DNA from: Akkermansiaceae bacterium
Lineage (GTDB): Bacteria; Verrucomicrobiota; Verrucomicrobiia; Verrucomicrobiales; Akkermansiaceae
Direction of reading: 5' to 3'
Assembly: GCA_947462535.1 (NCBI GenBank)
Contig: CANHPN010000008.1
Coordinates: 4,514-68,513 of the forward strand
Length of the DNA: 64,000 bases
Each line of letters begins with the position of its first letter. Positions within the stretch are counted from its first letter, which is position 1. Of the stretch, positions 9,369 through 19,094 are shown one piece after another. Position numbers and translations under genes: made by a program. The notes beneath the pieces are model-generated. The model was not told where the DNA came from. It ran no database searches and saw only the letters and a list, made by a program, of their open reading frames with translations.

Positions 9369-10099
9369 GTTCCATTTACGAATCTGACAAGCTTGTCGCG
9401 GAATATCTGTTATTCCATTTCGGCGGGCCGGAGGAAATCCTGACGCCGGATCGCGCCTGGCCTTCGGGTATGCGCGAGGCCTTGGATTTCCCCCGTCGCA
9501 CGGTGGCGCATTTTTCGCCCGGAACCGTCGGACGCGGCCTCGACCTCGGATGTGCCGTGGGCCGCTCGACTTTTGAAATGGCGCGGAATTGCCGGACCGC
9601 GCTCGGCATCGACTACTCCCACGCCTTCATCCACGCCGCGGAATGCCTGAGGCGCGGCGAGACGGTTGCTTATGAACGCCGTGAAGAAGCGTCCGTTGTG
9701 ACGTGTCTCGAAGCGCGCGCGCCTGCGGAAATCGATGCCGCCAAGCTGGCCTTCCATCAGGGCGACGCGATGAACCTGCCGGCTGATTTGGGCACCTACG
9801 ACCGGGTCCATGCCGCGAATCTGATTTGCCGCCTGCCCGAACCGCTTCGTCTGCTAGGCCGGCTGCCGGACCTGGTGAAACCGGGCGGCGAGCTGGTCCT
9901 CGCCACTCCCTGCACGTGGCTTGAGGAATTCACCCCGCCGCAGAACTGGCCCGTTAGCGGGACTTTCGAGTGGCTGCAAGCGATGCTCGCGCCGTCCTTT
10001 ACGCTGTTGCGTCAGGCGGACGAACCCTTCCTGATCCGCGAAACCGCCCGCAAGTTCCAGTGGACCACCTCGCTGGTCACCGTCTGGCAGAAAAAATAG
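9365..10099 (+). CDS. SAM-dependent methyltransferase resembling the OvoA C-terminal (mercaptohistidine N-methyltransferase-like) domain
   Basis: YESDKLVAEYLLFHFG, LDLGCAVGRSTFE, GIDYS, GDAMNL, ANLICRLPEP, TPCTWLEEFTP, ETARKFQ. Confidence 0.75.
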   Translation: MSSIYESDKLVAEYLLFHFGGPEEILTPDRAWPSGMREALDFPRRTVAHFSPGTVGRGLDLGCAVGRSTFEMARNCRTALGIDYSHAFIHAAECLRRGETVAYERREEASVVTCLEARAPAEIDAAKLAFHQGDAMNLPADLGTYDRVHAANLICRLPEPLRLLGRLPDLVKPGGELVLATPCTWLEEFTPPQNWPVSGTFEWLQAMLAPSFTLLRQADEPFLIRETARKFQWTTSLVTVWQKK

Positions 10100-10108
10100 T
10101 CGAGGGCT

Positions 10109-10819
10109 TCAATCCGCGCTTCGGCTTTGAGAAACGGACCGAAGTCCTCGACTGTCTTGAGGCTTGGCCGGGGTGATGTGCGGGGGCCTGAGATACATCG
10201 GTTGCGGCGACTCGGTGAGCCATTTCTCACTGACTTCCGGGCGCGTCGCCTGCCACGCCTGCCACAGCCGTTCCGCATTCGGAAATTCGAGCCGCACCTG
10301 CGCTTGAAGCTTCGGCGGCAGGGGGAAGCGTCCGGGTTCCTCGAAGGAAATAACCGATAGTCCGTCAGCGATCGCCTCCGCGACGATGACTTCCAGCCCG
10401 CTCGCTTCGGTGAGCTCGGGCTCGGCCAGCAGCCGGGATTTCTCCATTCTAGCCGTCCAGAAACTGCCGCGCCGCGCGTCACCGATGGCCAGGCAAGCCG
10501 CTCCATTTTGAGCCGACGGCACCGCGAGGATCGACGGCACCGCCACCGCCGGACAACCGCAAGCGATCGCAACTCCCTGGGCGGCGGCGATTCCCACCCG
10601 TGTGCCGCTGTAACTCCCCGGCCCGCTGCCGACGAGGACGAGGCCGACCACGGACTCCTTCCTCGCGTCGAGCAGTTCCTTGAGCGGGGAGAATAGAACT
10701 GCGTTATGGCTGCGGTCGCTGGTGAATTCGCGTTGTTCCAGATGCCCGCCCGGCTCGATGGCCGCGAGCGAGGCGCGGGGCGTGGAGGTCTCAATCACTA
10801 GGGTGAAGGTGCCGATCAT
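10109..10819 (-). CDS. tsaB: tRNA threonylcarbamoyladenosine biosynthesis protein TsaB
   Basis: LVIETST, GSGPGSYSGTRVGIA, DARRG, PMYLRPP. Confidence 0.9.
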   Translation of the reverse strand: MIGTFTLVIETSTPRASLAAIEPGGHLEQREFTSDRSHNAVLFSPLKELLDARKESVVGLVLVGSGPGSYSGTRVGIAAAQGVAIACGCPAVAVPSILAVPSAQNGAACLAIGDARRGSFWTARMEKSRLLAEPELTEASGLEVIVAEAIADGLSVISFEEPGRFPLPPKLQAQVRLEFPNAERLWQAWQATRPEVSEKWLTESPQPMYLRPPHITPAKPQDSRGLRSVSQSRSAD

Positions 10820-11263
10820 GGCGCGAGGCTAATGGCCGACCCGCCGACCCGCCAGCCTGCTTTCAAATAATGGCTTCAGTCTTTGAAAAGCCAGTGTGCG
10901 GACATCGCGTGGGTTGCCATTTCGGACTGCGTGGGACAGGTCGGAAGCAGTCCAGATCGCCTCCTTTTTTGTCTACGCAACAAAAGATCGCGGGCACGGT
11001 CGGGTAGAACGCCGAAAATAGAGGTCTATCCCATCGAATCCATCGCATGCGGATTGCCACGCGTGCGCAGGCTGGTGGTCGTCACCAAGCAAACCTGGTT
11101 CACAATCTTCGAACTCCCAGGTCTCAGACCCGCAGTCCCCTACAACTTGGTCTGCAAAAAGGCCCTCAAATGAAAAAGCCGTGCGCCGCCGTCAGGAAAA
11201 TCCGCTATTGACCTTGACGGGGCGGGGGGGTGGCGGGCCTTATAGCCCATCCGTAATACCCGC

Positions 11264-13642
11264 ATGCGATTCCCTACAGCTCCCTCACTCCCCATGCCGC
11301 GCGGCGTGGGTCAATTCGCCGCCCTCACCTCACTCGCCCTTGTGGCGCTTGCAGGGACCCTGCACGCGCAGGATTTCGAGGGGAAAAACATTTCCGAAGT
11401 GGCGATCCGCTATCAGGGAGCAAAGACGGTGGACGAAGCCCGCTTGCGGAACCTCATGGCGTCCAAGACCGGCACGCCCTACCGCTCGGAGAATCTCGAT
11501 AACGACATCAAGTCGCTTTACGAGTCCGGCCTGGTGGACGACGTGCGTTTCCTCGCGGAGCCGGTGGGGGACAGCGTGAAGTTGATCGCCGAGGTGACGA
11601 CGCGTCCGGCGCTCGGTGGCGTGGGATTTGTCGGAAACTCCACTTTTACCGATCAGAAGCTCGCCAAGGAATCGAAGATCAAGGCGGGCGGCGCGCTCAG
11701 CGACGAGCAGATCCTCGAAGCGCGGCGCAACATCGAGAAATACTATCAGGGCTACGGCTACCCTGACGTGACGGTCACTCACCGCACGCAAGCGACCGGA
11801 CAGGCGGGATTGTCCGACCTGATTTTCGTGATCGACGAGGGTCAGAAGAACGAGGTTCGTAAAATCATTTTCCAAGGAAACAACGCGTTCACCGACCTAG
11901 AGCTCCGCAAGGAGATGAAGGTGAAGCAAAAAGGCTGGTTCTCGTGGCTGACCAAGTCCGGCCGTTTCGAGTCGAACGAGTTGGATTCCGATCTCGACAA
12001 GGTTCTCGATTACTATCGCAACAAGGGCTATCTCCGCGCGAACAGCCCCGGTATCAACCGCGTTCCCGTGGGCGACGGCAGCGTGGACCTGGTGATCCCG
12101 ATCAACGAGGGGGAGCGCTACACGGTCGCGGGTGTCGGCTTCGGCAAGATGACCGTCTTCAAACCCGAGGAACTCTATCCGTCACTGACTCTCGTCGGTG
12201 ACTCCGCCTACTCTTCCAAGAAGATGCGTGACGACATGACCATGATCCGCAGCTTCTACGGATCGCGCGGCTACGCCGATGTCCTGGTGACGCCGGATAT
12301 TCGCGACGCCGGTCCTAACCGGGTGAACATCACCTACCGTATCACCGAGGGATCGCGCTTCAAGGTAGGCCGCGTGAACATCGCGGGTAACACCAAGACC
12401 AAGGACAAGGTGATCCGCCGGGAAATCCCGCTTCAGCCGGGTGATATGTTCAACTCCGTCGAGCTCGAAACGACCAAGGCCCGTCTCACGAACCTGCAAT
12501 ATTTCAGCGACGTCCAAACCACTGGCTCGCCGGGCGGTTCCGGATACCGCGACGTGAACGTGCTCGTCGAGGAAAAGGCGACCGGCTCCGTGGGCGTGGG
12601 TGCGGGCTTCAGCTCGATCGACAGCATCGTGGGCTTCGTCACGCTTGAGCAGACCAACTTCGACTTGTTCAACCCATGGAATTTCACCGGTGGCGGCCAG
12701 CGCTTCGGGATGAATCTGCGTGCGGGTGCCGAGCGCTCCGAGTTCAGCGTCTCGCTGGTGGAACCTTGGTTCATGGACCAGCAGCTGTCTTTGGGTGGCG
12801 AGCTTTTCTTCAAGGAATCGTCCTATTTCAGCGACTACTACGACCAGACCAACATCGGTGGCGCGATCTCTCTCAGAAAGCCTCTCGGCGCGAAGAGCTC
12901 GATCAAGGGCGAATATCGCCTGGAGCAGGTCGAAATCGACTCGGAAGTGGATTCGAGCGACGTCTATCCGGCCGGTCCCAACGGTCCGAGCGGTGCCAAC
13001 TCCGAGCTTTCCGAGGAAAACATCGGCGGCGATTACCTGCGCAGCGCCCTGGCGGTGAACTATCTTTATGATAGCCGCGACAGCAGCATCCAGCCGCGCA
13101 CGGGGCACAAGGTTGACCTCGGTCTCACTTATGCCGGTTTGGGCGGCGACGTCGATACCTTCACGCTTTCCGCGCAAGGCCAGAAGCACTGGAACTTGAA
13201 GTGGGACACGATCCTTTCGCTCAGCGGGGAGCTTGCCTTCGTGGACAGCATCGATGGCGAGGTTCCGATTTTCGAGCGGATGTTCCTTGGCGGTGGCCGG
13301 ACGCTGCGCGGATTCGAGTTCCGCGATGTCGGACCGCGTGACACGGGCTACACCGACGAGGTTTACGGCGGCAACTCGCTGGGTTACGCCACGGTGGAAT
13401 ACACGGTTCCGATCATCGAAAACATCCGCGCTGCGGTGTTCTCCGACACGGGCTTCGTGAATGCCGACAGCTGGGATCCCAGCCCGAGCGATATCTACAG
13501 CGACGTAGGCGTCGGCATCCGCCTGAAGCTGCCAATCAGTCCGCTGCCGCTGGCGCTCGACTACGCGATTCCGATTTCCTCGCCGGATGACGAGGCGGAC
13601 AAGGGCGGCCAGTTCAACTTCTCGCTCAGCTCGCAGTTCTAA
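11264..13642 (+). CDS. bamA: Outer membrane protein assembly factor BamA (start may be ATG 11294)
   Basis: Signal peptide, POTRA repeats (GNTKTKDKVIRRE), GGGRTLRGF motif, terminal Phe. Confidence 0.95.
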   Translation: MRFPTAPSLPMPRGVGQFAALTSLALVALAGTLHAQDFEGKNISEVAIRYQGAKTVDEARLRNLMASKTGTPYRSENLDNDIKSLYESGLVDDVRFLAEPVGDSVKLIAEVTTRPALGGVGFVGNSTFTDQKLAKESKIKAGGALSDEQILEARRNIEKYYQGYGYPDVTVTHRTQATGQAGLSDLIFVIDEGQKNEVRKIIFQGNNAFTDLELRKEMKVKQKGWFSWLTKSGRFESNELDSDLDKVLDYYRNKGYLRANSPGINRVPVGDGSVDLVIPINEGERYTVAGVGFGKMTVFKPEELYPSLTLVGDSAYSSKKMRDDMTMIRSFYGSRGYADVLVTPDIRDAGPNRVNITYRITEGSRFKVGRVNIAGNTKTKDKVIRREIPLQPGDMFNSVELETTKARLTNLQYFSDVQTTGSPGGSGYRDVNVLVEEKATGSVGVGAGFSSIDSIVGFVTLEQTNFDLFNPWNFTGGGQRFGMNLRAGAERSEFSVSLVEPWFMDQQLSLGGELFFKESSYFSDYYDQTNIGGAISLRKPLGAKSSIKGEYRLEQVEIDSEVDSSDVYPAGPNGPSGANSELSEENIGGDYLRSALAVNYLYDSRDSSIQPRTGHKVDLGLTYAGLGGDVDTFTLSAQGQKHWNLKWDTILSLSGELAFVDSIDGEVPIFERMFLGGGRTLRGFEFRDVGPRDTGYTDEVYGGNSLGYATVEYTVPIIENIRAAVFSDTGFVNADSWDPSPSDIYSDVGVGIRLKLPISPLPLALDYAIPISSPDDEADKGGQFNFSLSSQF

Positions 13643-13670
13643 CGTGGCGGCGGTTTCCAACCGCCATGCC
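13643..13670 (+). repeat. REP-like hairpin (GTGG-CGGCGG-TTTCCAA-CCGCC)
   Basis: 28 bp identical to the reverse complement of 49040-49067; partial inverted copy at 14404-14423. Confidence 0.8.
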
Positions 13671-13679
13671 GGTTCTATC

Positions 13680-13712
13680 AAGCGGGGCCTTCTCACGAAG
13701 GCCCCGCTTTTT
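13680..13712 (+). terminator. Rho-independent terminator of bamA
   Basis: agcggggccttc-tcac-gaaggccccgct followed by tttt. Confidence 0.8.
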
Positions 13713-13778
13713 CGCGCAAGTGCGGCAGAGCCGCGTTTCCCATCTAGACAATACCCGTCAGCCGGGCTAAGGACATTC

Positions 13779-14396
13779 ATGATTTCCCCTGCGATGATCA
13801 CCGGTGAAACCTCATGGACACGGATGAGCGAAGGAATTGAAAAAGTTAAAGACCGTCTCCGCCGTGCCACCGCGCTGCTTGAAGCCGCTGGACTGCCTTA
13901 TGCCGTCATCGGTGGCAATGCCGTGGCCGCCTGGGTATCCCGGGTTGACGATTCCGTGGTTCGCAACACCCGCTCTGTGGATTTACTGGTGCGCCGCGAG
14001 GATATGGATGCGATTATCAATGTCATGGCCAGGGGCGGTTTCAGGTATCGGTCGGTTTCCATCCTCGGTGGAAAGGGCCGGATTGAAATGTTTCTGGATG
14101 GCCCCGGAGCGAAGGCCCGTGATGGCGTCCACCTGATTTTCTCGGGAGAAAAGGTCAGCCCGGAATCTCTCGAACCTTCCCCTGATGTAGAGGAAATCGA
14201 TGCTTCCCATTCGGATTTCCGGCTCGTCGATCTGGATGCGCTGGTCACGATGAAGCTCACTTCCAATCGCCGTAAAGATCAGGTGCATCTCTTGGATATG
14301 ATGGAAATCGGAATGCTGGATGAGAGCTGGTTAGAACGGGTTCCTATTTCGCTGCGGGACCGGCTGCAGGCCCTTCTGGATGATCCGGAGGGTTAG
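13779..14396 (+). CDS. Stand-alone nucleotidyltransferase-fold protein
   Basis: LEAAGLPYAVIGGNAV...RNTRSVDLLV...LVTMKL..NRRKDQVHL pattern of minimal NTase proteins. Confidence 0.7.
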   Translation: MISPAMITGETSWTRMSEGIEKVKDRLRRATALLEAAGLPYAVIGGNAVAAWVSRVDDSVVRNTRSVDLLVRREDMDAIINVMARGGFRYRSVSILGGKGRIEMFLDGPGAKARDGVHLIFSGEKVSPESLEPSPDVEEIDASHSDFRLVDLDALVTMKLTSNRRKDQVHLLDMMEIGMLDESWLERVPISLRDRLQALLDDPEG

Positions 14397-14398
14397 AC

Positions 14399-15982
14399 CT
14401 AGTGGTTGGAAACCGCCGCCACGGCGTCCGCGATGCGCAGGCCGTCCATCGCCGCGCTGACGATGCCGCCGGCGTAGCCCGCGCCTTCGCCGCAGGGATA
14501 GAGGCCTTGGATTTCCGGGTGCTCGAGAGTGTCGTCCCGGCGGGGGATTCGGACCGGTGAGCTGGTGCGGGTTTCAAATCCTAGCAGCAGGGCCTCGCTG
14601 GAGACGTAGCCGTGGATCTGCCGGCCGAACAAACGGAGTCCCTCGCGCATCCGGCTGGTGATCCACTCCGGCAGCAGGTCGTGTAGAGGTGCGGATTTGG
14701 TGCCTGGAAAATAACTGGTATCCGGCAGGCTTGAGGAAATTTTCCCGTCGAGGAAATCGGTGACGCGCTGGCCCGGAGCGACCTGGCCGCCGCCGCCGGC
14801 GATCTTGGCGGTGCGCTCGAGTTCCTTTTGGAAAACCAATCCGGCGAGCACGCCGTGTTCCTTGACGAGTTTCTGCAAGTCCTCGGGCTCGACGGTGGCG
14901 ACCATGCCGGAGTTCGCGAACGGCGAGTCGCGGCGCGACAGGCTCATGCCGTTGACGACCACCTCGTCATTCTCGGTGGACGCCGGGACGATCCAGCCCC
15001 CGGGGCACATGCAGAACGAATGCACGCCGCGGCCGCGGATCTTGGTGGCTAACCGGTAGCGCGCGGCGGGCAGCAGCCGCGGGCGTTCCTGGCCGAAGTT
15101 GAGATGATACTGCGTGCGGTCGATGAACGGCTGCGGGTGCTCGATGCGGAAGCCCACGGCGAAGGGTTTAGGATCTAGCAGGATGTTTTTTGCCGCCAGC
15201 AGGCGGTAGATGTCGCGCGCCGAGTGGCCGGTCGCGAGGATCACCGAGTCCGCCAGGATCTCCTCGCCGGATGCGGTGAGCACGCCGCGGATGTGGTTTC
15301 CGCTGATCAGGAAATCGGTGACCTTGGTTTGAAAGCGGACTTCGCCACCGGCGGCGATGATCGAGTTGCGGATCGCCTTGACGACGTTAGGCAGCAGGTT
15401 CGAGCCGATGTGCGGGTGGGCGTCGGTGAGGATTTCCTCCGGCGCGCCGTGGGCGACGAGCACTTCGTAAACCTTGGCGACCGGCCCGCGTTTGGTGGCG
15501 CGGGTGTAGAGCTTGCCGTCCGAGAAGGTGCCCGCACCGCCCTCGCCGAAGCAGTAGTTGGACTCCTCGATCACCCGGCCCTCGCGGAGCAGGGGTGCGA
15601 GGTCGAAGCGCCGGGCGCTGGCGTCCTTGCCGCGCTCCAACAGGATCGGTTTCAGTCCGTTTTCAAGGCAACGCAGCGCGGCGAACATTCCCGACGGGCC
15701 GCAGCCGACGATGACCACCGGCCGGACGTTAGGCGAGAGGGCTGGCACGGACCATTGCGGCGTCTCGTCCGGGGGGAGGGGGCCGTCGAGCGCCACATCC
15801 AGTCGGAGCTGCACCTTGACGGCGCGTTGGCGGGCGTCGATCGAATGCTTGCGCAGTTTGATCCCGCCGATGCGCGCGACCGGAATTCCAAGCTTGATCG
15901 CTGCGGCTTGGTGGCGGGCGGCATCGTCCTCGGATTTCTCCAACGGCAGGACGACATCGACGGTTTCTATCAGAGGTTCCAC
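14399..15982 (-). CDS. NAD(P)/FAD-dependent oxidoreductase (uncharacterised FAD dehydrogenase family)
   Basis: IVGCGPSG, FGEGGAGTFSDGKL, SFCMCPGG, ETRTSSPVRI, YPCGEGAGYAGGIVSAA. GTG start. Confidence 0.9.
   Translation of the reverse strand: MEPLIETVDVVLPLEKSEDDAARHQAAAIKLGIPVARIGGIKLRKHSIDARQRAVKVQLRLDVALDGPLPPDETPQWSVPALSPNVRPVVIVGCGPSGMFAALRCLENGLKPILLERGKDASARRFDLAPLLREGRVIEESNYCFGEGGAGTFSDGKLYTRATKRGPVAKVYEVLVAHGAPEEILTDAHPHIGSNLLPNVVKAIRNSIIAAGGEVRFQTKVTDFLISGNHIRGVLTASGEEILADSVILATGHSARDIYRLLAAKNILLDPKPFAVGFRIEHPQPFIDRTQYHLNFGQERPRLLPAARYRLATKIRGRGVHSFCMCPGGWIVPASTENDEVVVNGMSLSRRDSPFANSGMVATVEPEDLQKLVKEHGVLAGLVFQKELERTAKIAGGGGQVAPGQRVTDFLDGKISSSLPDTSYFPGTKSAPLHDLLPEWITSRMREGLRLFGRQIHGYVSSEALLLGFETRTSSPVRIPRRDDTLEHPEIQGLYPCGEGAGYAGGIVSAAMDGLRIADAVAAVSNH
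14404..14423 (-). repeat. Truncated REP-like element, inverted relative to 13643; supplies the last codons of the upstream FAD gene
   Basis: Reverse complement reads cgtggcggcggtttccaacc. Confidence 0.75.
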
Positions 15983-16000
15983 AGTGGTTTGGAATGGGCT

Positions 16001-16348
16001 TCAGCCACGGATGGCGCGCTTCTGGCCGGCGTCATCGACGCTGACAAAGGTCACCCGGGTCGAGAAAATGGGCATCGATCCGGCCTTTTCGTCGATGACC
16101 TTCACCGCGTAGGTGGTGCTGGTGTTGCCCTCGCTTTCGCGGTCGCAGGAAATTTTCAGGATCGTGCCGTCGCGCACGCTGTGGTGGAATTCCACGGTGT
16201 CCATCGCCACGGTGACGAACTGGCAATGCGGGTAGTCGAGGCTTGCGGCGATCCACGACGCCTCGTCGATCCACGCGAGCATGCGGCCGCCGAAGAGGAA
16301 TCCGTAGTGATTCAGGTCGCCGGGAAGAACAAGTCGGTGCGTGTCCAT
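16001..16348 (-). CDS. Acyl-CoA thioesterase (hotdog fold)
   Basis: DLNHYGFLFGGRMLAWIDE. Confidence 0.88.
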   Translation of the reverse strand: MDTHRLVLPGDLNHYGFLFGGRMLAWIDEASWIAASLDYPHCQFVTVAMDTVEFHHSVRDGTILKISCDRESEGNTSTTYAVKVIDEKAGSMPIFSTRVTFVSVDDAGQKRAIRG

Positions 16349-16350
16349 GG

Positions 16351-16821
16351 TCACCAGCGGCGGCGCTTGCTCTCCTTGTAAATGGCGGCGTCTAGCGAGT
16401 AGCCGCCGGCTCCTGACAGGATGATGGTGATCACCGGGATCAAATACATCAGCGCCAGTTCCTTCGATCCTCCGGCACCTGCGGAGAACCACGGGTCCGC
16501 CGCGTGCGCGCCGAAAGCGGCGACCACCATCGCGAAGCCGAACACGAACGCTGCGGGGCGCGTCATCAGCCCGAGGACTAGCAGTGCCGAAGCCACGACC
16601 TCCGCGCCGATGAGCATCAACAGGCTGACCTGCGGCGACATCAGGCTGAGAGGAAACACCTCCGATTGATAGAAACCCTTTTTGAGGATCGCCTGGAAAT
16701 TCTCGATCTTCGGAATGCCGTGACCGAAGAGCATCATCAGTCCGACCATGGCGCGGAGTGCGAAAGACCCGAGCGATGCGGTCGCGTCACGGGTGCCGCA
16801 GTCAAAGAGGAATTTTTTCAT
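16351..16821 (-). CDS. DoxX family membrane protein
   Basis: LRAMVGLMMLFGHG.PK, LGLMTR.AA, KELALMY, GAGGYSLD. Confidence 0.88.
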   Translation of the reverse strand: MKKFLFDCGTRDATASLGSFALRAMVGLMMLFGHGIPKIENFQAILKKGFYQSEVFPLSLMSPQVSLLMLIGAEVVASALLVLGLMTRPAAFVFGFAMVVAAFGAHAADPWFSAGAGGSKELALMYLIPVITIILSGAGGYSLDAAIYKESKRRRW

Positions 16822-17288
16822 GAGGCCGAGGAGGGTGCTTGTTTTGCGGAAATCGTGATTCGTTTGAGCCGGTTATCTCCTTGCGGAGAATTCGAGACGA
16901 TTTGCGGATCGTCGGCGAGGATATTGTGAACCAGGCGCCGGTAGTAAGCATTGAGCGGACGCATCTGGAGCGGCTTGCCGGTGGCTTTCACCCGCTCGGC
17001 GATTCCCTTGATTTCTCCGGCGAGGTGGTCTTCCTGGATGGACCGGAAATGCTCGCAGTCCACCTTGATGCGCTCCGCCTTGGGCGCGTGCCGGCGGACG
17101 ATCCGGTTGACGAGGTATTGGAGGTCGTCGAGGCGGTCTCCGTCCTTGCCGATGATCGCCTCGCTGTCTCCCGAGTGAATTTGCAGGCATGGGCCGTCAT
17201 GGGTTTCCTGGAGCTCGATTGTCGCCGTGAAGCCGAGGTGCCCGAGCATCGTGTCGAGCACCTTGGTTGCTGATTCCACCGTGGTCAT
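16818..17288 (-). CDS. Jag/KhpB-like RNA-binding protein (KH + R3H)
   Basis: IIGKDGDRLDDLQYL (KH), PLNAYYRRLVHNIL (R3H). Confidence 0.85.
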   Translation of the reverse strand: MTTVESATKVLDTMLGHLGFTATIELQETHDGPCLQIHSGDSEAIIGKDGDRLDDLQYLVNRIVRRHAPKAERIKVDCEHFRSIQEDHLAGEIKGIAERVKATGKPLQMRPLNAYYRRLVHNILADDPQIVSNSPQGDNRLKRITISAKQAPSSAS

Positions 17289-17318
17289 GGCGGGAGGTTA
17301 ATCACATCCTCGGCCGGG

Positions 17319-17771
17319 TCAATCACCCCGGGCTTCTTTGTGCTCGAAATGCCCGCCGATTTCCGCCGCGAAGTCCGCCAGCTTGTGCTTTTCCGCCGCC
17401 GTAAACTCGTAAGGCGCGAACTTCCCGATCCCGAGCGTGCCGATGACCTTGCCGGACGCTTTGGAGAAAACCGGCACTGCGAGCGAGCCTGACACGCCTG
17501 TTTCCCGCGCGTCGGGCTTGGCGACGCCGCCCAGGTCCTGTTGGAGATTGCAGAGTTCCACCGGTTCCCCGCGCTCGGCGGCGGCTCCGGCGATGCCTTT
17601 GCCGAAGGGGATCGTCGAAATTTTATCCATCAGGCTCTCCGGCACGCCGATCTGGCAGACGAGGGTTAGCGTTTGCCCGTTGGGCGCGGCCTGGTGAATG
17701 GTTCCGGTTTGGCAGCCGAAGTCGGCTAAAATGGAGCCCAGCATCGCTTTCCAGTCTGCATCGTTCGTCAT
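17319..17771 (-). CDS. Single GAF-domain protein
   Basis: IPFGKGIAGAAAERGEPV, SLAVPV, IGTLGIG. Confidence 0.8.
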   Translation of the reverse strand: MTNDADWKAMLGSILADFGCQTGTIHQAAPNGQTLTLVCQIGVPESLMDKISTIPFGKGIAGAAAERGEPVELCNLQQDLGGVAKPDARETGVSGSLAVPVFSKASGKVIGTLGIGKFAPYEFTAAEKHKLADFAAEIGGHFEHKEARGD

Positions 17772-17870
17772 GGCCTTGGAACTATCACGGGTTAGCCGCT
17801 TCGTCATCATCCATTTGAGTGGTGAATTACGCTTGGCACCGCCCCTCATCTTGGCCAAAGCTCCCGCGGC

Positions 17871-19010
17871 ATGAAGAAACCCAAAGCATTTTTCTTCGCG
17901 CTGGCAACCTGTGTGCTCGTCTTACAATCAAAAACCGCAATGGCCGCTGGAGCTGAAATCAAAGAGGAGCATTATGGATCGATGCCCGACGGGCGAAAAG
18001 TGAGGATTTTCACACTCACCAACCCAAACGGACTCCGGGCCAAGGTCACCGAATACGGGGCGATCCTGGTCTCGATGGAAGCCCCCGACAAATCCGGGAA
18101 ATCCGCGGATCTCACCCACGGTTATGATAGTTTGGACGGCTGGTTGACCAACACGTCTTATTTCGGCGCGACGGTGGGTCGTTTCGGAAACCGCATCAAG
18201 GACGGCAAGTTCACCCTCGATGGCAAAAATCACACTCTTGCCACTAACAACGACCCCGGCGGCATCCCGTGCCACCTGCACGGCGGTCTGACCGGCTTCG
18301 ACAAGGTGCTCTGGTCGGGAAAGATCACCGGCGAAAACCAAGTCGAGTTCTCCTATACCGCCAAGGACGACGAGGAAGGCTATCCCGGAAACCTTGCGGT
18401 CAAAGTCACCTACACTCTCACCGACGACAACGAGCTCAAGTGGGAGGCGCGCGCGACCACCGACGCGCCGACGATCCTCAACCTCGTCCATCACACCTAC
18501 TGGAACCTCGCGGGCGATCCCGCCAAGTCGATCGCCGACCACGTCCTGATGATCGATGCGGACGCGTATCTTCCCACCGACGCCGGTCTCATCCCGACCG
18601 GGAAAATTGATCCCGTGGCCGGGAATCCCATGGACTTCACCAAGCCGGCGACCATCGGTGACCGCATCGACGCCGACTTCGAAGCCCTGAAATTCGGTGG
18701 CGGTTACGACCATGCGTGGGTGCTGAAAAAAGGCGGTGGAGTACGTCTCGCGGCTAGATTGAAGGATCCCAAGAGCGGGCGGGTGATGGAGGTTTTCACC
18801 AATCAGCCGGCCATCCAGTTTTATGCCGGTAATTTCCTCGATGGTAAAGCTGTCGGCAAAGGCGGAGTCGCTTACGCCCGCCGCACCGCCCTCTGTCTGG
18901 AGACCGAGGGATTCCCCGACGCCCCTAACCAGCCGTCATTCCCGTCTCCGGTACTCCGCCCCGGCGAGACCTACAAGCACACGATGATCCACAAGTTCTC
19001 CGCCGAGTAA
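17871..19010 (+). CDS. galM: Aldose 1-epimerase (galactose mutarotase family) with signal peptide
   Basis: GRFGNRI, HLHGG, NLVHHTYWNL, GYDH, CLET.GFPDAPN. Confidence 0.92.
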   Translation: MKKPKAFFFALATCVLVLQSKTAMAAGAEIKEEHYGSMPDGRKVRIFTLTNPNGLRAKVTEYGAILVSMEAPDKSGKSADLTHGYDSLDGWLTNTSYFGATVGRFGNRIKDGKFTLDGKNHTLATNNDPGGIPCHLHGGLTGFDKVLWSGKITGENQVEFSYTAKDDEEGYPGNLAVKVTYTLTDDNELKWEARATTDAPTILNLVHHTYWNLAGDPAKSIADHVLMIDADAYLPTDAGLIPTGKIDPVAGNPMDFTKPATIGDRIDADFEALKFGGGYDHAWVLKKGGGVRLAARLKDPKSGRVMEVFTNQPAIQFYAGNFLDGKAVGKGGVAYARRTALCLETEGFPDAPNQPSFPSPVLRPGETYKHTMIHKFSAE

Positions 19011-19094
19011 TCCGGTCCACCCCGGCGCTCGGACTCTGATCCCCCCAACGCATCCTGTCTCCTTACGAACCCCAAGTAGAAACCTGATATTAAT

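Noticed and set aside
10820-11263. 440-bp gap before bamA with 65-96 aa ORFs
   Set aside because: No motif, repeat or convincing RNA structure seen
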